This document shows, in pieces, positions 34,358 to 47,570 of a stretch of DNA of 64,000 nucleotides (positions within the stretch are counted from its first letter, which is position 1; each line of letters starts with the position of its first letter). A program made the translations under genes and the position numbers. The notes below the pieces were generated by a model. It was not told where the DNA came from and searched no databases. It saw nothing but the letters and a program-made list of their open reading frames with translations. Source of the stretch: the human T2T-CHM13v2.0 reference genome, Homo sapiens; assembly GCF_009914755.1 (NCBI RefSeq), contig NC_060926.1. One strand, 5' to 3'.

Positions 34358-35089
34358 TCTACAAGAGAAGCAATTACCACTGACCCAGAATCAATTCCAC
34401 AGCACAAGGCAGCAAATAATTCAATAGTTCTTCAAACAAGGTCATCAAAAAGTATTCCTATGAAGGAAGCCCTTCCTTAAGCTTCTAAGAACAATTTCAT
34501 CAACTGTGGGCATCTCTCCAACCTTTTTCCCTTTAACTAGTTCACTTATTTCTGTTTTCTATTCCTACGCACCTAGAATCCAAACATGCCCTGAGCAACC
34601 AACTTCCTCTCCTCTAGCTCCTGAAAGGGCATTCATACCCAGGTTTGGAGCAATGGTGCCTAGTTTACATGTACTAATGCTGAATTTAAAGGCTGTTGGG
34701 ATTATGCATGGGTGGATGTTTTTGACATATGACATATATATTAGCAAATGTAAGTTTTATAGCAAATGAAGCATTTAAGTGGTGACGATGAAAACTACGG
34801 TATATGTCAAAATAAATTACAACAGATTTTGAATGAACCATAAACCTGAGCTTGACAGCTCCACTTGGGATTCAACCCAAAGAACAGAGAAGTTATTGTG
34901 CAGTGACATGTAATAATCAAACATAAATTGACCAGAACAGGAAAGCCCAGGTTTGGAATTAAGCAAATCTAACTCTTTTGGGTTAGTCTAACTCTTTTTC
35001 CATGAGGCGGTATGAAGAAAACTTAGCAATCCTTCCCCACCACTCCCCAACCCTGTTCCCAGAGGAAGCATGAGCAAGGCTGTTTTTAC

Positions 35090-35230
35090 TTTCTATCCAT
35101 GTCTGATGCAGCGGCGTAATGCAAAGCTGTGCGTCCCCAGTCATCTGTTTCATTAACGTTGGCCCCTGTGGTCACTAATGTCTCAATACAGTGGAAATGA
35201 CAATTCGCAGCTGCATAGTGCAAAGGGGTC
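35090..35230 (-). CDS. ANKRD44: ANKRD44 coding exon (141 bp): (R)[46 protein letters not shown](N)
   Basis: tttttcag|GACCCC...GATAGAAA|gtaaaa; lies within supplied ORF 35086..35376; two ankyrin motifs. Confidence 0.96.
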
Positions 35231-35381
35231 CTGAAAAACAAACAGCAATTTATTACTCCATTCAGTCTAGAAAACAGGCCTGTTGTTGGCACTAGCACTG
35301 GCAGCAGTATGCCTAGGGCATGGAAAGCTCTTGGACTCTCAGAGTGTGTGGAGGCCAAAGTCATGCCTTCCTTCAACTATA

Positions 35382-35574
35382 CAAGTTAGGTATCCCTTAT
35401 CTGAAATGCTTGGAACTAGAAGTGTTCTGGATGGTTGAGCATCTTTTATTCAAAAATCCAAAATTCAAAATGTTCCAATGTGCATTTCCTTCGAACATTT
35501 TGTCAGTGTCCCAAACGTTGCAGATTTTGGAGCATTTCAGAGTTTGGATTTTCAGATGAGGGGTGCTTAACCTG
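35382..35574. mobile_element. Tigger4/MER46-type DNA element
   Basis: TA|caagttaggtatccct ... aggggtgcttaacctg|TA: TIRs with TA TSD. Confidence 0.82.
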
Positions 35575-35579
35575 TATAA

Positions 35580-36415
35580 ACTGGAAGTGAGGCTACAAAG
35601 ACAGTGGCTTCAAACAAGGCCATCTACCATGGATCTGTCCTTTCTTTTCCTTCCTAGAGCCTACCCTAGTTCAGGTCTATGTTATTGCTTTTTTGGATCA
35701 TTGCAAGCCCATCCTATTGGCTTCCTTAGCGCTAATCAAGTGTCCATAATTTCTAGTTAATGTAAATGAAGAATTTTTTTTAAGGTGCAATACCCACATA
35801 TAACAATCATGTTCTAAAACCTTTGGTTCTCTCTACTAACCAATACTTGATTCCTCAGCCTAGAATTGAAGACTTTCCAAAACTGGTCCCAATCTCCTTT
35901 GATGGGGTATCTCTCTCCCCTAGATGTACCCAATAGGATAACCAAACTGGATGACTTGAGGCTTTCTGGATCATGTCCCTACTTCCCCCCTACCTTTGTC
36001 CAGGTTGGTTTAGCCCCAGGAGTGCCCATTCACGAATCACTTCCACCCATCAAAACCCCACTCATCGTCTTGTCCCAGGGGCTAGTTCTCTTTAGTTTGT
36101 CTAAGATGGCTTATCTACTCTCTGGGTCTGTCTTGAGTTCTCATCACATATTGCCTTGATTTTAGCACTGGTGTATTGTCTCATCCTCCCCACTGAACTG
36201 CAAGCTCCTTGAGGGTAGGGATGTTGGTTAATGGGAAGAACAATGCAGAATCCGAATCCAAATCCAAATCAGAAGCCCTGGGTTCTGGCATTGGCAGATG
36301 TGCAAGCTGGCCTAAATCACATCCCCTCTCTGGGTCTTGACTTCTTCACCCTTATTTCAACAAGAACTTTTAAGCTACTGTGCCCTACCTAAGGTCCTTC
36401 TAGGTCTAAAATTCT
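35580..36415. mobile_element. L2 fragment followed by MIR fragment
   Basis: gaactgcaagctccttgagggtaggga (L2 3' region); ccctctctgggtcttgacttcttca...aaggtccttc (MIR). Confidence 0.6.
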
Positions 36416-37021
36416 GTGTATATGTGTAAATCATTTAGTTTCTCTCTCATTAGTTGACTTTTCTCCTCTTTAGTTAAAAAAAAAGAAATTTTAAATATTT
36501 TACCTATTGGATTGCATATGTTTTAATTAGACTGAAAATTATCAGGTAACAACCTCATGACAGAGCCCAAAGATAAAGGCTGTAAGGTCCTTCTAGGTCT
36601 AAAATTCTGTGTACATGTATAAATCATTTAGTTTCTTTGGACTCAGCTTTCTCATCTATTAAAAGGGGTAACAGCATCCCCACATACCTCATAGTGTTAG
36701 TATCAGAAAACACAAGCACCTCGTAAAGGGCAAGACTACAGAAATATAAAGTAATTTGCTGTACATTACTTATTTTTAGCTCTCGATTGTTCAGCAGTTT
36801 TTCTGGTATGACCAGCTGATAGTCAAAGAATAATAAACAAATGATCAGTTTTCAAGTATAATTATTTCATATTTTATAGTCAACTTATGGGCTCTCTCAC
36901 TAGTTGATTTTTCTCCTCTTTGGTTCAAAAGAAATTTTAAATACTTTACATATTAGATTGCATATGTTTTAATTAGACTGAAAATTACTAGGTAAGAACC
37001 TCACGACGGGGCCCAAAGATA
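36390..37021 (+). repeat. Local interleaved duplication A-B-A'-X-B'
   Basis: A 36390-36443 matches A' 36583-36636 (52/54). B 36442-36575 matches B' 36892-37021 (~90%). Confidence 0.92.
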
Positions 37022-37075
37022 GGGAGAAAATGATACCCAGTTCTTGTCCTGAGGGGGCTCACAGTCAGGTGGGGA

Positions 37076-37628
37076 TGTCAGAGACATGTGAACCAGAGCA
37101 ACTCCATCTTGAATAAGGGCTGGGTAAAATGAGGCTGAGACCTACTGGGCTGCATTCCCAGATGCTTAGGCATTCTAAGTCATAACATAAGACAGGAGGT
37201 CGGCACAAGATACCGGTCATGAAGACCTTGCTGATGAAACAGGTCACAGTAAAGAAGCCGGTCAAAACCCACCAAAACCAAGAAGGCAACAGGAATGACC
37301 TCTGGTCATCCTCACTGCTACACTCCCACCAGCCCCATGACAGTTTACAAATGCCATGGCAACATCAGGAAGTTACCCTATATGGTCTAAAAAGGGGAGG
37401 AATGAATAATCCACCCCTTGTTTAGCATATAATCAAGAAATAACCGTAAAAATGGGCCACCAGCAGCCCTTGGAGCTACTCTGTCTATGGAGTAGCCATT
37501 CTTTTACTTCTTTACTTTCTCAATAAACTTGCTTTCACTTTACTCTATGGACTCGCCCTGAATTGTTTCTTGCGCAAGATACAAGAACCCTCTCTTGGGG
37601 TCTGGATGGGGACCCCTTTCCCATAACA
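37076..37628 (+). mobile_element. MER41A solo LTR (ERV1)
   Basis: tgtcagagac...gagcaactccatcttgaata ... aataaacttgct...ccataaca; 553 bp; 4-bp TSD ggga. Confidence 0.9.
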
Positions 37629-38400
37629 GGGAGAGACACAAGGAGTGAGAGTCCATAAGAATAGTGTGAGGTACTCTGCAGTCATGAAGGATTAGGGTGC
37701 TAGGGGAGCAGAGAAGAGGGGCATGCCATCGGTGCACAAGGAGGTGTCACTGACATGAATCTGAAAGGGCGGGTAGGAGTTGCCTTAGACAAGTTGGTAA
37801 GAAGAGAAATTTGTGGCAACCCCAGAGAAGGAGGGTACATGTAGAAAGGAAGGGTAAAGAGATGCAATGGGAAAAAAAATTATATATATACATGAAAAAT
37901 ATATATCCATGTACCAGCTAGCATCATGGCATCATTTACTTACATAAAGGACCATTAAGGTAAGAAGAGTTCTATGACCCATTGGTGGTGTGTGTGCACT
38001 TAATGTTTTAAACATGTCTGAAAATTCATCCCAAGATGAAATGTTCAATACATATAATAAAATATTCTAGATCTTAAGACTAGGATTTATGTGTTCCACT
38101 CTGCTAGAAACAGAATTTTCCAAACTATATCCATGTAGGAGTTTTGTTTTGTCTTTTAACTGAAAAAAAAAAGGGAGACAATTGGCACATCTAAACAGCA
38201 GCTGTGAGTGGAGATGCTTTCTTTGTGACTTGTTATTTGCTTTGTTGGCAACCTCTATGAGAAGGGACTTCCTTCCGAGGAGGATGGAATCCCCCCAGCT
38301 AACTTCCCGGTTTACCATTTCAACCTAACTTGATTACTACATAGACCACTCCCAGTTCCTCTTATTTAAGCACTTGAAGCACAACTCTCTGATTACATAC

Positions 38401-38469
38401 CTCCCACACTTGTCCTTTTTATGGAAATCTGCTCCGCTGCTCTGCAAGAGTTTTATACATTCCACATTA
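38401..38469 (-). CDS. ANKRD44: ANKRD44 coding exon (69 bp): (G)NVECIKLLQSSGADFHKKDKCG(R)
   Basis: tctttctag|TAATGTG...TGGGAG|gtatgt; phase 2 to 2. Confidence 0.95.
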
Positions 38470-39502
38470 CTAGAAAGACAGGGAAAACATCATTAAGATG
38501 GAAGAGATCAATTACTGGCCTATCTTCAGCAAGAGCTATTTTCTGCAGAGTACAGGACCAGATGAAAAGATAGCTCCTGGTCTAAATTCCGCTAATAAAA
38601 ACCTGAACATATTAGAGTAATGACATATTGTAAGGATCTAAAGTTCCTATGATTCCTTTTTCAAAGCTAATAAATCAATAGATTAAAGAGCTTGGTGGAA
38701 TATTTTTAATTCCATGACTAAGAAATTTAATGATTATTACATGATTAAACCCTCCAGTGATGGTTTCATCATTTATCCTAAAATTCTTTTTCCAAAACCG
38801 TCAAGAGTTTATGAAACAACCACTTAAACCTATAATAATTTCATGTCACCTTTAAACAATGAGCCAGAGTGGATGGGCGTTACCTTCTATCACAGCAGAA
38901 TGAATTCACCATGATAACCACTTTCAACCCAGATACTCCTTAATAGAAAATAAAACAACTGTATTTCCCTGTCTTTGTAATTTATGCAAATAAATGTGCA
39001 GAACCAAGGCTGAAAATGATGTCATGGAGCACAGTGATCTTCCATAGCTTCTTTATCATTTGCAGAAGCAATAAATCATATTTAGTAGAGAGAAAAGGAC
39101 CCATCAAAGTGATTTTTCCTATTAAAGGGCATGTAGCTAAATAGTAATTCTAATAGGAATTTCAGACATGAATCTGGAATTGTATGTTGTCACTTTCTGT
39201 ACAGGTCTGATATTTTTTAAATGTGAGCATACAAAAGAGACAATTGTCCATCATTGTTCTAAACTTAGGATGCTAGAAGTGGCCTGGAATTATTACTATA
39301 ACTTAAATAAGAAAAATGATCTCAATGATAAACCTGAGCAGGGCTCTCCTCACCCCACACCCACCCTTTATAGCCACCTTCTCAGAGAAATAGCTCTTTC
39401 AATCATAACATGTAAGAACTTTTTAAAATAAGTATGTGTTGGTGTAGCATGCCAGCTGATATAAAGCACCTGTCTCTTACTGAATGATGCCAAAGGATCA
39501 AG

Positions 39503-39681
39503 GGTAGTGGCAGATCCAACTTGTGTGGCTCATGAAGCTCATACAATTTGGGGGCTGAGGTAGGGGGAAGGGGTCTTTTTTAAAAATAATACAAAATTAT
39601 GAATACAAATTTAGTTATAAGAATTCAGAAGGGACTCATGTAAATAAGGAGCCCTAAAGTGTCACCATTTATCCACCTCTG
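39503..39681. mobile_element. MER53-like hAT element
   Basis: ggcagatcca...gaagctcatacaatttgggg...aatacaaaattatgaatacaaa...atccacctctg. Confidence 0.65.
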
Positions 39682-40426
39682 ATAAATAGGTAATGCCTTT
39701 GGTAATATACAAATGACAAATGGAGAAGCATTACTGTTCCTTAAGGACCAGGAAACTGATTAAGAACCAACATCTTCCCCAAACAAGGTCATCCAAGAGA
39801 TGCCATGTTTAGTCAATGTGTGGTCACATATATCAATGACATTGATCAGAGCTTCAATCTTACCACTGGTAAGTGAAAAGAAAGTAGCTGATGAAAAATT
39901 CTCTTTACAACTTTAAAAAAAGGTAAGGATTAAATCACTTCTTGCCTGTCTTTTGGGTTTTCTTGACCTATGTTCACATTTAATCATTAAAAGACTAAAA
40001 ATTAGATTTGAAACAAGGACAAAAATGTCTGTAAATGAACATAAATTAATTCAATCTTTGATTCTCTTGATTATCACCCACATAACAGCAACAAAAGAGG
40101 AAAAACCTAGGAACAAATTTCAAATTATTGTCTTTTGGTGTATGGGGTAACTGATATGTATTCTATAGCCTGAAAATCTATAATTTAAAAAAAGAAAAGA
40201 GAAAGAAGAAAACAAAAGAAGAACTATTTGCTATTTGAAATGGGCTAATAATTTTTCTTTGGTGAAACAAAATGCTTGTGATGTGGAAATATAACATAGT
40301 GATATTTGATAATTAGTAGAAATGATTCTTATTTTACTAAGGAAATTGCCTTTGATTCACAGACAACTTAAGTCAATAAAGATGAATTAGTAACTCATAA
40401 ATTAACTAGAATTGGTAACTACTCAC

Positions 40427-40544
40427 CCTCCTGCAGCAGCAGCATGAAGGCACGTTCTTCCAAATTTATCTGGGGTGTCTATTTCAAAGCCTGCAGACAG
40501 CACGTGCTCATTACTAAACAAGGATACTATGCTATACTTTTGTC
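40427..40544 (-). CDS. ANKRD44: ANKRD44 coding exon with two in-frame acceptors: 64-bp form 40427-40490 ([22 protein letters not shown]); 118-bp form adds [18 protein letters not shown]
   Basis: Acceptors aactag|GACAAAAG (exon starts 40544) and ctgcag|GCTTTG (exon starts 40490) are 54 nt apart; donor GGAGG|gtgagt; phase 1 to 2. Confidence 0.93.
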
Positions 40545-41665
40545 CTAGTTAAACCACAAGAAACATTGCAGAGACAGAAAAATCAGTTAGTAGAAAAACC
40601 AGAATGCAAGCAATTGTAGTCAGAAAGAGGTTGTCATGGAAACGAATGGGAACTGCTCAAGCTTGGCAATTTTATAGGAAGAACCGTGAAGTCAAGAAGG
40701 ATTTATTTTCACATTCAGCCCTGGGTGAACCACAGTCCCATTTTTTAATCCCAGGATAGAAATTTATGAAACCAATTTGAGATAAGTAGGGCAATCGACA
40801 GGCAGATAGAACTCATGGACAAAACATAGAAGCAAAGGAATAATCTTAGCATGCTGGAACAGATTTTTTTCTGAAGTGTATTTCAACCTTTCAGTTGGTT
40901 TAAGAGTTGGGAAACATGCTTGCATGCAGGGATTATTTTTTAAACATGCCAACAGCAGTGAAAGCAGAATCAGCCATAGGTAAAGTACTTAAAGGAAAAA
41001 AAAATGCCTCTGGGATATCTCATGAATTAATTCATAAACAATCTTTGCCTTGCAGACCTCTACCATTTTTGAAAGCCCAGGAATTTCTTAATATATGACA
41101 GTTGGCAGAGGTAGTGATAAGAAAGATTAGCAAAGCTCCAAACCAGAAACAATCTCTTGGCTCCAAATAGTCTCATATTTTAAAAATTGAAATTAAACCT
41201 AGTTGGAGGAAATCAGCCATAGTGATTTTTCAGTGCCCAGGGAGTGGGAAAGTAACATGACATTCTCTACCACCAGATGTAGGGTATTTGGCCTTTTTCC
41301 TTTGTTGAAAAATATTAAATGCTAAACCATCATTTTAAACCTCAAAGACTTTTCCTTCTTCTGTGATGTAACCTTTCTGTAAACTCTGGCCATCCCTGCC
41401 ATGTTTCACCCTGGAACACCCAAGCTTTTACTTGAAAAACAGGCAAGACTCTCATTCTGGGGCAGGAATAATGACATTCAAACAGCTTTAACACCAAGGA
41501 TTGTTGGGAGCTGTCACATGCAGTTAGCTGAGAAATACAACTCATCCTGACGAGTCAGGTAATGACATGAAGCACAGGCAGCCACTCACTCTGACCAGAC
41601 ACCTGAAGCCATTGACTCATGTACAGGACACATTAAGCCTCATCTCTGCTAACAGATTTACTTAC

Positions 41666-41748
41666 CCGATGATAACAACTTTCTGCAGCAGTCAGAGTGA
41701 GCATTTAGGGCAGCTAAATGTAAAGGGAACATGCTATGGATTCCACAC
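41666..41748 (-). CDS. ANKRD44: ANKRD44 coding exon (83 bp): (K)[27 protein letters not shown](G)
   Basis: ctcag|GTGTGG...TCATCGG|gtaagt; phase 2 to 1; ankyrin PLHLAA motif. Confidence 0.95.
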
Positions 41749-42188
41749 CTGAGGAGTAAGAAAACAGAGCAGCTCACGGCAACAGATCTCAAGATACATG
41801 CGGAAGGACAATTACCTTTCTAGATTCTCTGATGAAAATTAACAACACCTTGTGTAGGGAGTCTTGGCTGAAATAATTTGGTAATTCTTCCATTCAATAA
41901 ATAATTATGCAATCAGTTTCTACCTTAAAATAATAAATGCCTGAATCAAAACCATAATTAAAAGCCCATTACCATAGGAATGTATATTTTTAAGAAAATC
42001 TGTTTCACATAAAGCATGACTCCTTAAATGTAAAATTAATTTCCCTGTCATTTTCTTTCAGCTTGGTGATTGTATGTCTCATTCTCTCATTCATCTATTC
42101 AACACTTTCTAAGCATCATAGACTATGCTAAGGGCTGGATATAACAATACTGAGCAAGACAAACTCAAGTTTGAAAAGCAACCTGTTT

Positions 42189-43393
<1,205 letters not shown>

Positions 43394-44810
43394 TGATAAA
43401 CAAATATTATTGTGGTATTATGTCCCAAGCACTTTGCTAGGAGTTAATAATGGCTATATTGTTGAAAATAAAGTTTTGGATAAGAATAAAAACTAATGTT
43501 TGCCTTTTGCTGATCAAACTTCATCTTCCTAATAGATTTTTACATTGCACATTAACCCACATCACAATACCAGTCACAAAAACACAATTGGAGGTAATAA
43601 ACATTACTTTGCATATATTTCATAAATCTAGTAGTATTTAAGAGAAAATCTAGAAAAGGACTTTATAGACCGACCCCCACTAAGACACAGTCACCAGGAT
43701 GACCCCTTAAGGGACAGACGTCTTCTGTCGGCAGCACTTTTTGCCTTCGGGATTAAATGCTCCTCCTCTTCCCTACTACATCTTCTTCAGCAAGGACCCA
43801 AAGCCATGTGCTGAATTGTGGCTCATAATAAACAGCATCACCAGGTGGCTCCTGTGTACTTGTAAGCATCTATAATGTTAGTGACCACTTCTCATAACAT
43901 CTTATTTTAATCAAATAATACATTTCAGCCTTTTAAAATCTTCTGCATAATACAAGCAAGTATGGGACTATATCTGTTTACACCCTACAGCATTAATTAC
44001 CTAAGTCTCCTCTCTGGCACAAAGTGGCCCGTTTTCAGACTCCATGCTTCATAAAGAAACACATATGATTTGAATTTGTTAAGCTTTGGGTACATACATT
44101 TTATTTACCATCTCAAAAGTTATTATGATGATGTGTGTGTGACTGTGAAAAAGGATATACACATTCACAGACATTTCATGGTATTCAGGGTTTTGCAAAA
44201 TTCAATTCTGACAGCAATTAACCACTGTTTTCTCTTTCCATAATAGCTTCTTCCTATTTAACGGTGGTTTTATTCGGTCTTCCCTCTGTTTGTTTTCCTT
44301 TCCCTATGTGGAGATTCCAGCCCAGTGTGTATAACAGCTGGCATCCATCAAGTGATGCAATTTGCTCATCTTCCAGGCAGCATCATGTGGAGGAGAACTG
44401 CTTGTAATTGCCTCGCTCATCATTTACCAAAAAAAAATTCTGAAATGCAATTGCATCAGTGATGACCTTGATGCTCTTGAACGGGCAGAGGGAGTTGGGG
44501 GATAGGAGAGAAGCTTTTCTGCTTATGCTATTATTTATATTGTTCCCTCTTGATTCAAGAGAAACATTCTTTTTTTTTCAATGCATAACATGTTTTAAAA
44601 CCTCCTTATAAAATGGCACTTAAAGCTAATGTGATTTTACCTAATCATTTTATTTGTTTTGGGAATTTAAGGCAAAACTATGTGATTAAATATATCTGGA
44701 CATTTAGAAGAGGAAAATGGATAGAATATTTTCATTCCTGAAAGAATATGCCTGGAATCAAGGACTGGATTTCTCAAGATTTCTTTGAGCCTCCCTCATT
44801 CTTTAAATAC

Positions 44811-44841
44811 ATACAAACACACACACACACACACACACACA
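44811..44841 (+). repeat. (CA)n microsatellite
   Basis: Seen directly. Confidence 0.9.
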
Positions 44842-45919
44842 TATGTTCATATACACGCATAAATAAAAATATATATACACATAATATATATACAATATAG
44901 TTTATAAAGTTCCATATGTATCTTTATGTAAAATAATACAAGCAAATGAATTTGAGGAAATAGCATCAAACTCTATAAGAAACCAATTGGGAAAAACAAA
45001 AAGTATAAGTGGTAGTATAACAGCAACAATATGATATATTCCATAAACCTCATTATCAATATTTCCAATCAATCTTGCCACTTAAAACCCATCTTTGTAT
45101 AATTCATCAAACTCTACATTCGCTGATTTTTTTTCACTGCTCCTTACAAACCTGAGAAGATGAAAGAGATAGAACTACTCTGATTTAAAAGGTCTAGTAA
45201 AATTTGTTTGATATATATTTTTTACTCCACAGTGAATAAAAAGTTACTACTTCAGTGCAGGATTTGAAAACAGATTCGCATAGACTCAAATACTATTGGC
45301 ATTTGCGCTTGCATATGAAACTATGGTTCAAATAGTAAAACTAAGTTTCAAGTCAAGATTGGAAATAAAAGAAAAGCAGAATTCAGTGTCTCTGAATCAA
45401 TTCAGGAATGATTTATGTATTTCAAAATAAAATTACTACCTTATTTTATAAAATAAGACTGCTCACAAAGGAAGGATTATAAAACCTTTAGCAGGAAAAT
45501 TAGGACTTGGCTGTCTTAGCCAATTAAGAAGCATCACTCTTACTTCATCAGGTATACATCAAGGAAGATCAATAATGAAGGTGCCAAATCACACTAAACT
45601 TAACAATGCATAAGTTACAGGAAAGAGGAGACCAATTTCGTTAAATTGCCACATTTATTTGACCAGTCATTGAATTAATGGAACACATTTATATTAGCTA
45701 GTTCTAATTTAGCTGTTAGTTGGCATCTCCTACCCAGTTATTTCAGAATAAATGAGGTCTGCAGGCCTGTCTTGCAGAGAGCTATTAGAAATGAAGAAAG
45801 AGCCTTCACACGATTAGAATTTGGGGTCTTTGAAGCTTTCCCCTTGGCATCAGAGAGATGTGGCTGCCCTCCCTACATCCAGTCTTTTCTGAGCCTTCTC
45901 TTTAGGCCATGTGGGTAAA

Positions 45920-46110
45920 GAATACATGATTAAAGTGACAGAGTCAGAAACTTGGGGTTTAAGTCCTCATTTTGCCACTTGCTATCTACTTCACCTTTGG
46001 CAAGTGCATAACGGTTCCCTCCTCAGGAAAATAAGACAATTACAGTGACTCTATCATGGAGCAACTGTAAGGACCCATTGAGATAATGTTCATGTAGTGC
46101 TAAAATGGAG
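45920..46110 (+). mobile_element. MIR
   Basis: gagtcagaaacttggggtttaagtcc...ctttggcaagt...gagataatgttcatgt. Confidence 0.7.
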
Positions 46111-47321
46111 CATCACGCACATGGAAATCCTTTACCATACATGTTAGTATGATTGTTGCCCTTGCAATTCATATAAGGTTAATTGGTAATCAGCAGTGCA
46201 TGAGTTTTGAAGTTGTAATCAGGTTGTACTTCCTTAAAATCAGTTGTATGATTCCTTAAAAGCCAAGAATGAATCATGATCGGTTAACATTTCTGTTATC
46301 TTTCTGTGTGTCTAAATTCTTTATAATATTTACCTCACAAGTGTCCCAGCAAAGTGGGATTGGTTTAGCTTTGCTCACTGAGAGGATGAGACAAAAACAT
46401 TTCTTAAATTTAGAATAGGATGATTTTATGATGTTTTACCCAAATGATCAATCCAAGTAAACAAACCAATTTCTTATGAATTTTATCTATGCAATTCCAA
46501 GTATTTATTATGCACCCTTAAGTGACAGCCATGAGACCTGGTCCTTGTTATTTGCAACGAACAGATGTTTTCAGTGGTTCCTTTTGAATCAAGTTTAAAC
46601 ACGCTAAAGTGGTTCAAGAGGCCCCTTCTCGATCTGGCTGTTGTCTAATCTGAATATTCTAGAATCTCAATAAACTTGTTTCCATTCCTCTAAGTGCCAG
46701 GCTCTGTCCTGCCCCCAGGCCTTTGCACATACCAGTCCCTCCACCTGAAACTCTCTTATCTTTCTCTCCTGTTTCTCCCATTATTTCTCCAACTAATCAG
46801 TGCATCTCCGAAGTACTGGAAATATCTTTGGGATCTCAAGAGTTCTCTGTGAGAATTTTTAACCTGTCTTTTCCTTTCTATGATAATCTAAAACAACTGG
46901 CATAAAAGCATTTTTTTTGACTCATCGGAGTGGCCCTTTATCACCACATACCTCTGCCTAATTTCAGTGTCCATGTTTGTACTGAGGATCACATTGGTGT
47001 TTGTGTAGTACTGGCATGGGCCAGTGAGAAAAGAATAAAGATGGGCTCAATGGACAAGTGATAAGGCTGAACCTAGGGAGGGCCAATGATAATCCAGTAC
47101 CTGAGCCTTCCATATAAACAAAATTTGGCAGTAGCTTGAAGAAGGGGCTCTGTGCTGCATGCCAAGTCCACTGTTCCACCACTTTAAGCCACTGCAAAAC
47201 CTCCATTCTTGCAGTGTATATTGAACTCTAAAGAGCCTGCACCTCAGCCACCAGGACCATAATCCTACACAAATGGTGACTTCACTTTGGCAAAATGTGA
47301 ACCATCACATCATCTGCTATG

Positions 47322-47570
47322 TAGAGGCAGCAAGCCACTTGCTCAGGAGCTGAGGGTCCAGATCCAGTAGACTGAAGATGAGTCCCATTTCTATCCCTTA
47401 CTGGCTTTGTGACTTTGAGCAGGTAACTGAACCTCTCCGTGCCTCACTTACTTCACCTGCAAGATGGGAATAATCATAGCACTTACCTCATGAGGTTATG
47501 GTGAAAGTTAAATGTAACCCCTCAGAGCAGTGCCCAGAGGGAAGCACTCATAATGTTTGCTACTACTAAA
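47322..47570 (+). mobile_element. MIR
   Basis: tgtgactttgagcaggtaactgaacctctccgtgcctca...atgggaataat. Confidence 0.8.

Noticed and set aside
44280-44470. Intronic C/D box snoRNA (ATGATGA on the minus strand at ~44417-44423)
   Set aside because: No CTGA D box at a suitable distance and no terminal stem.
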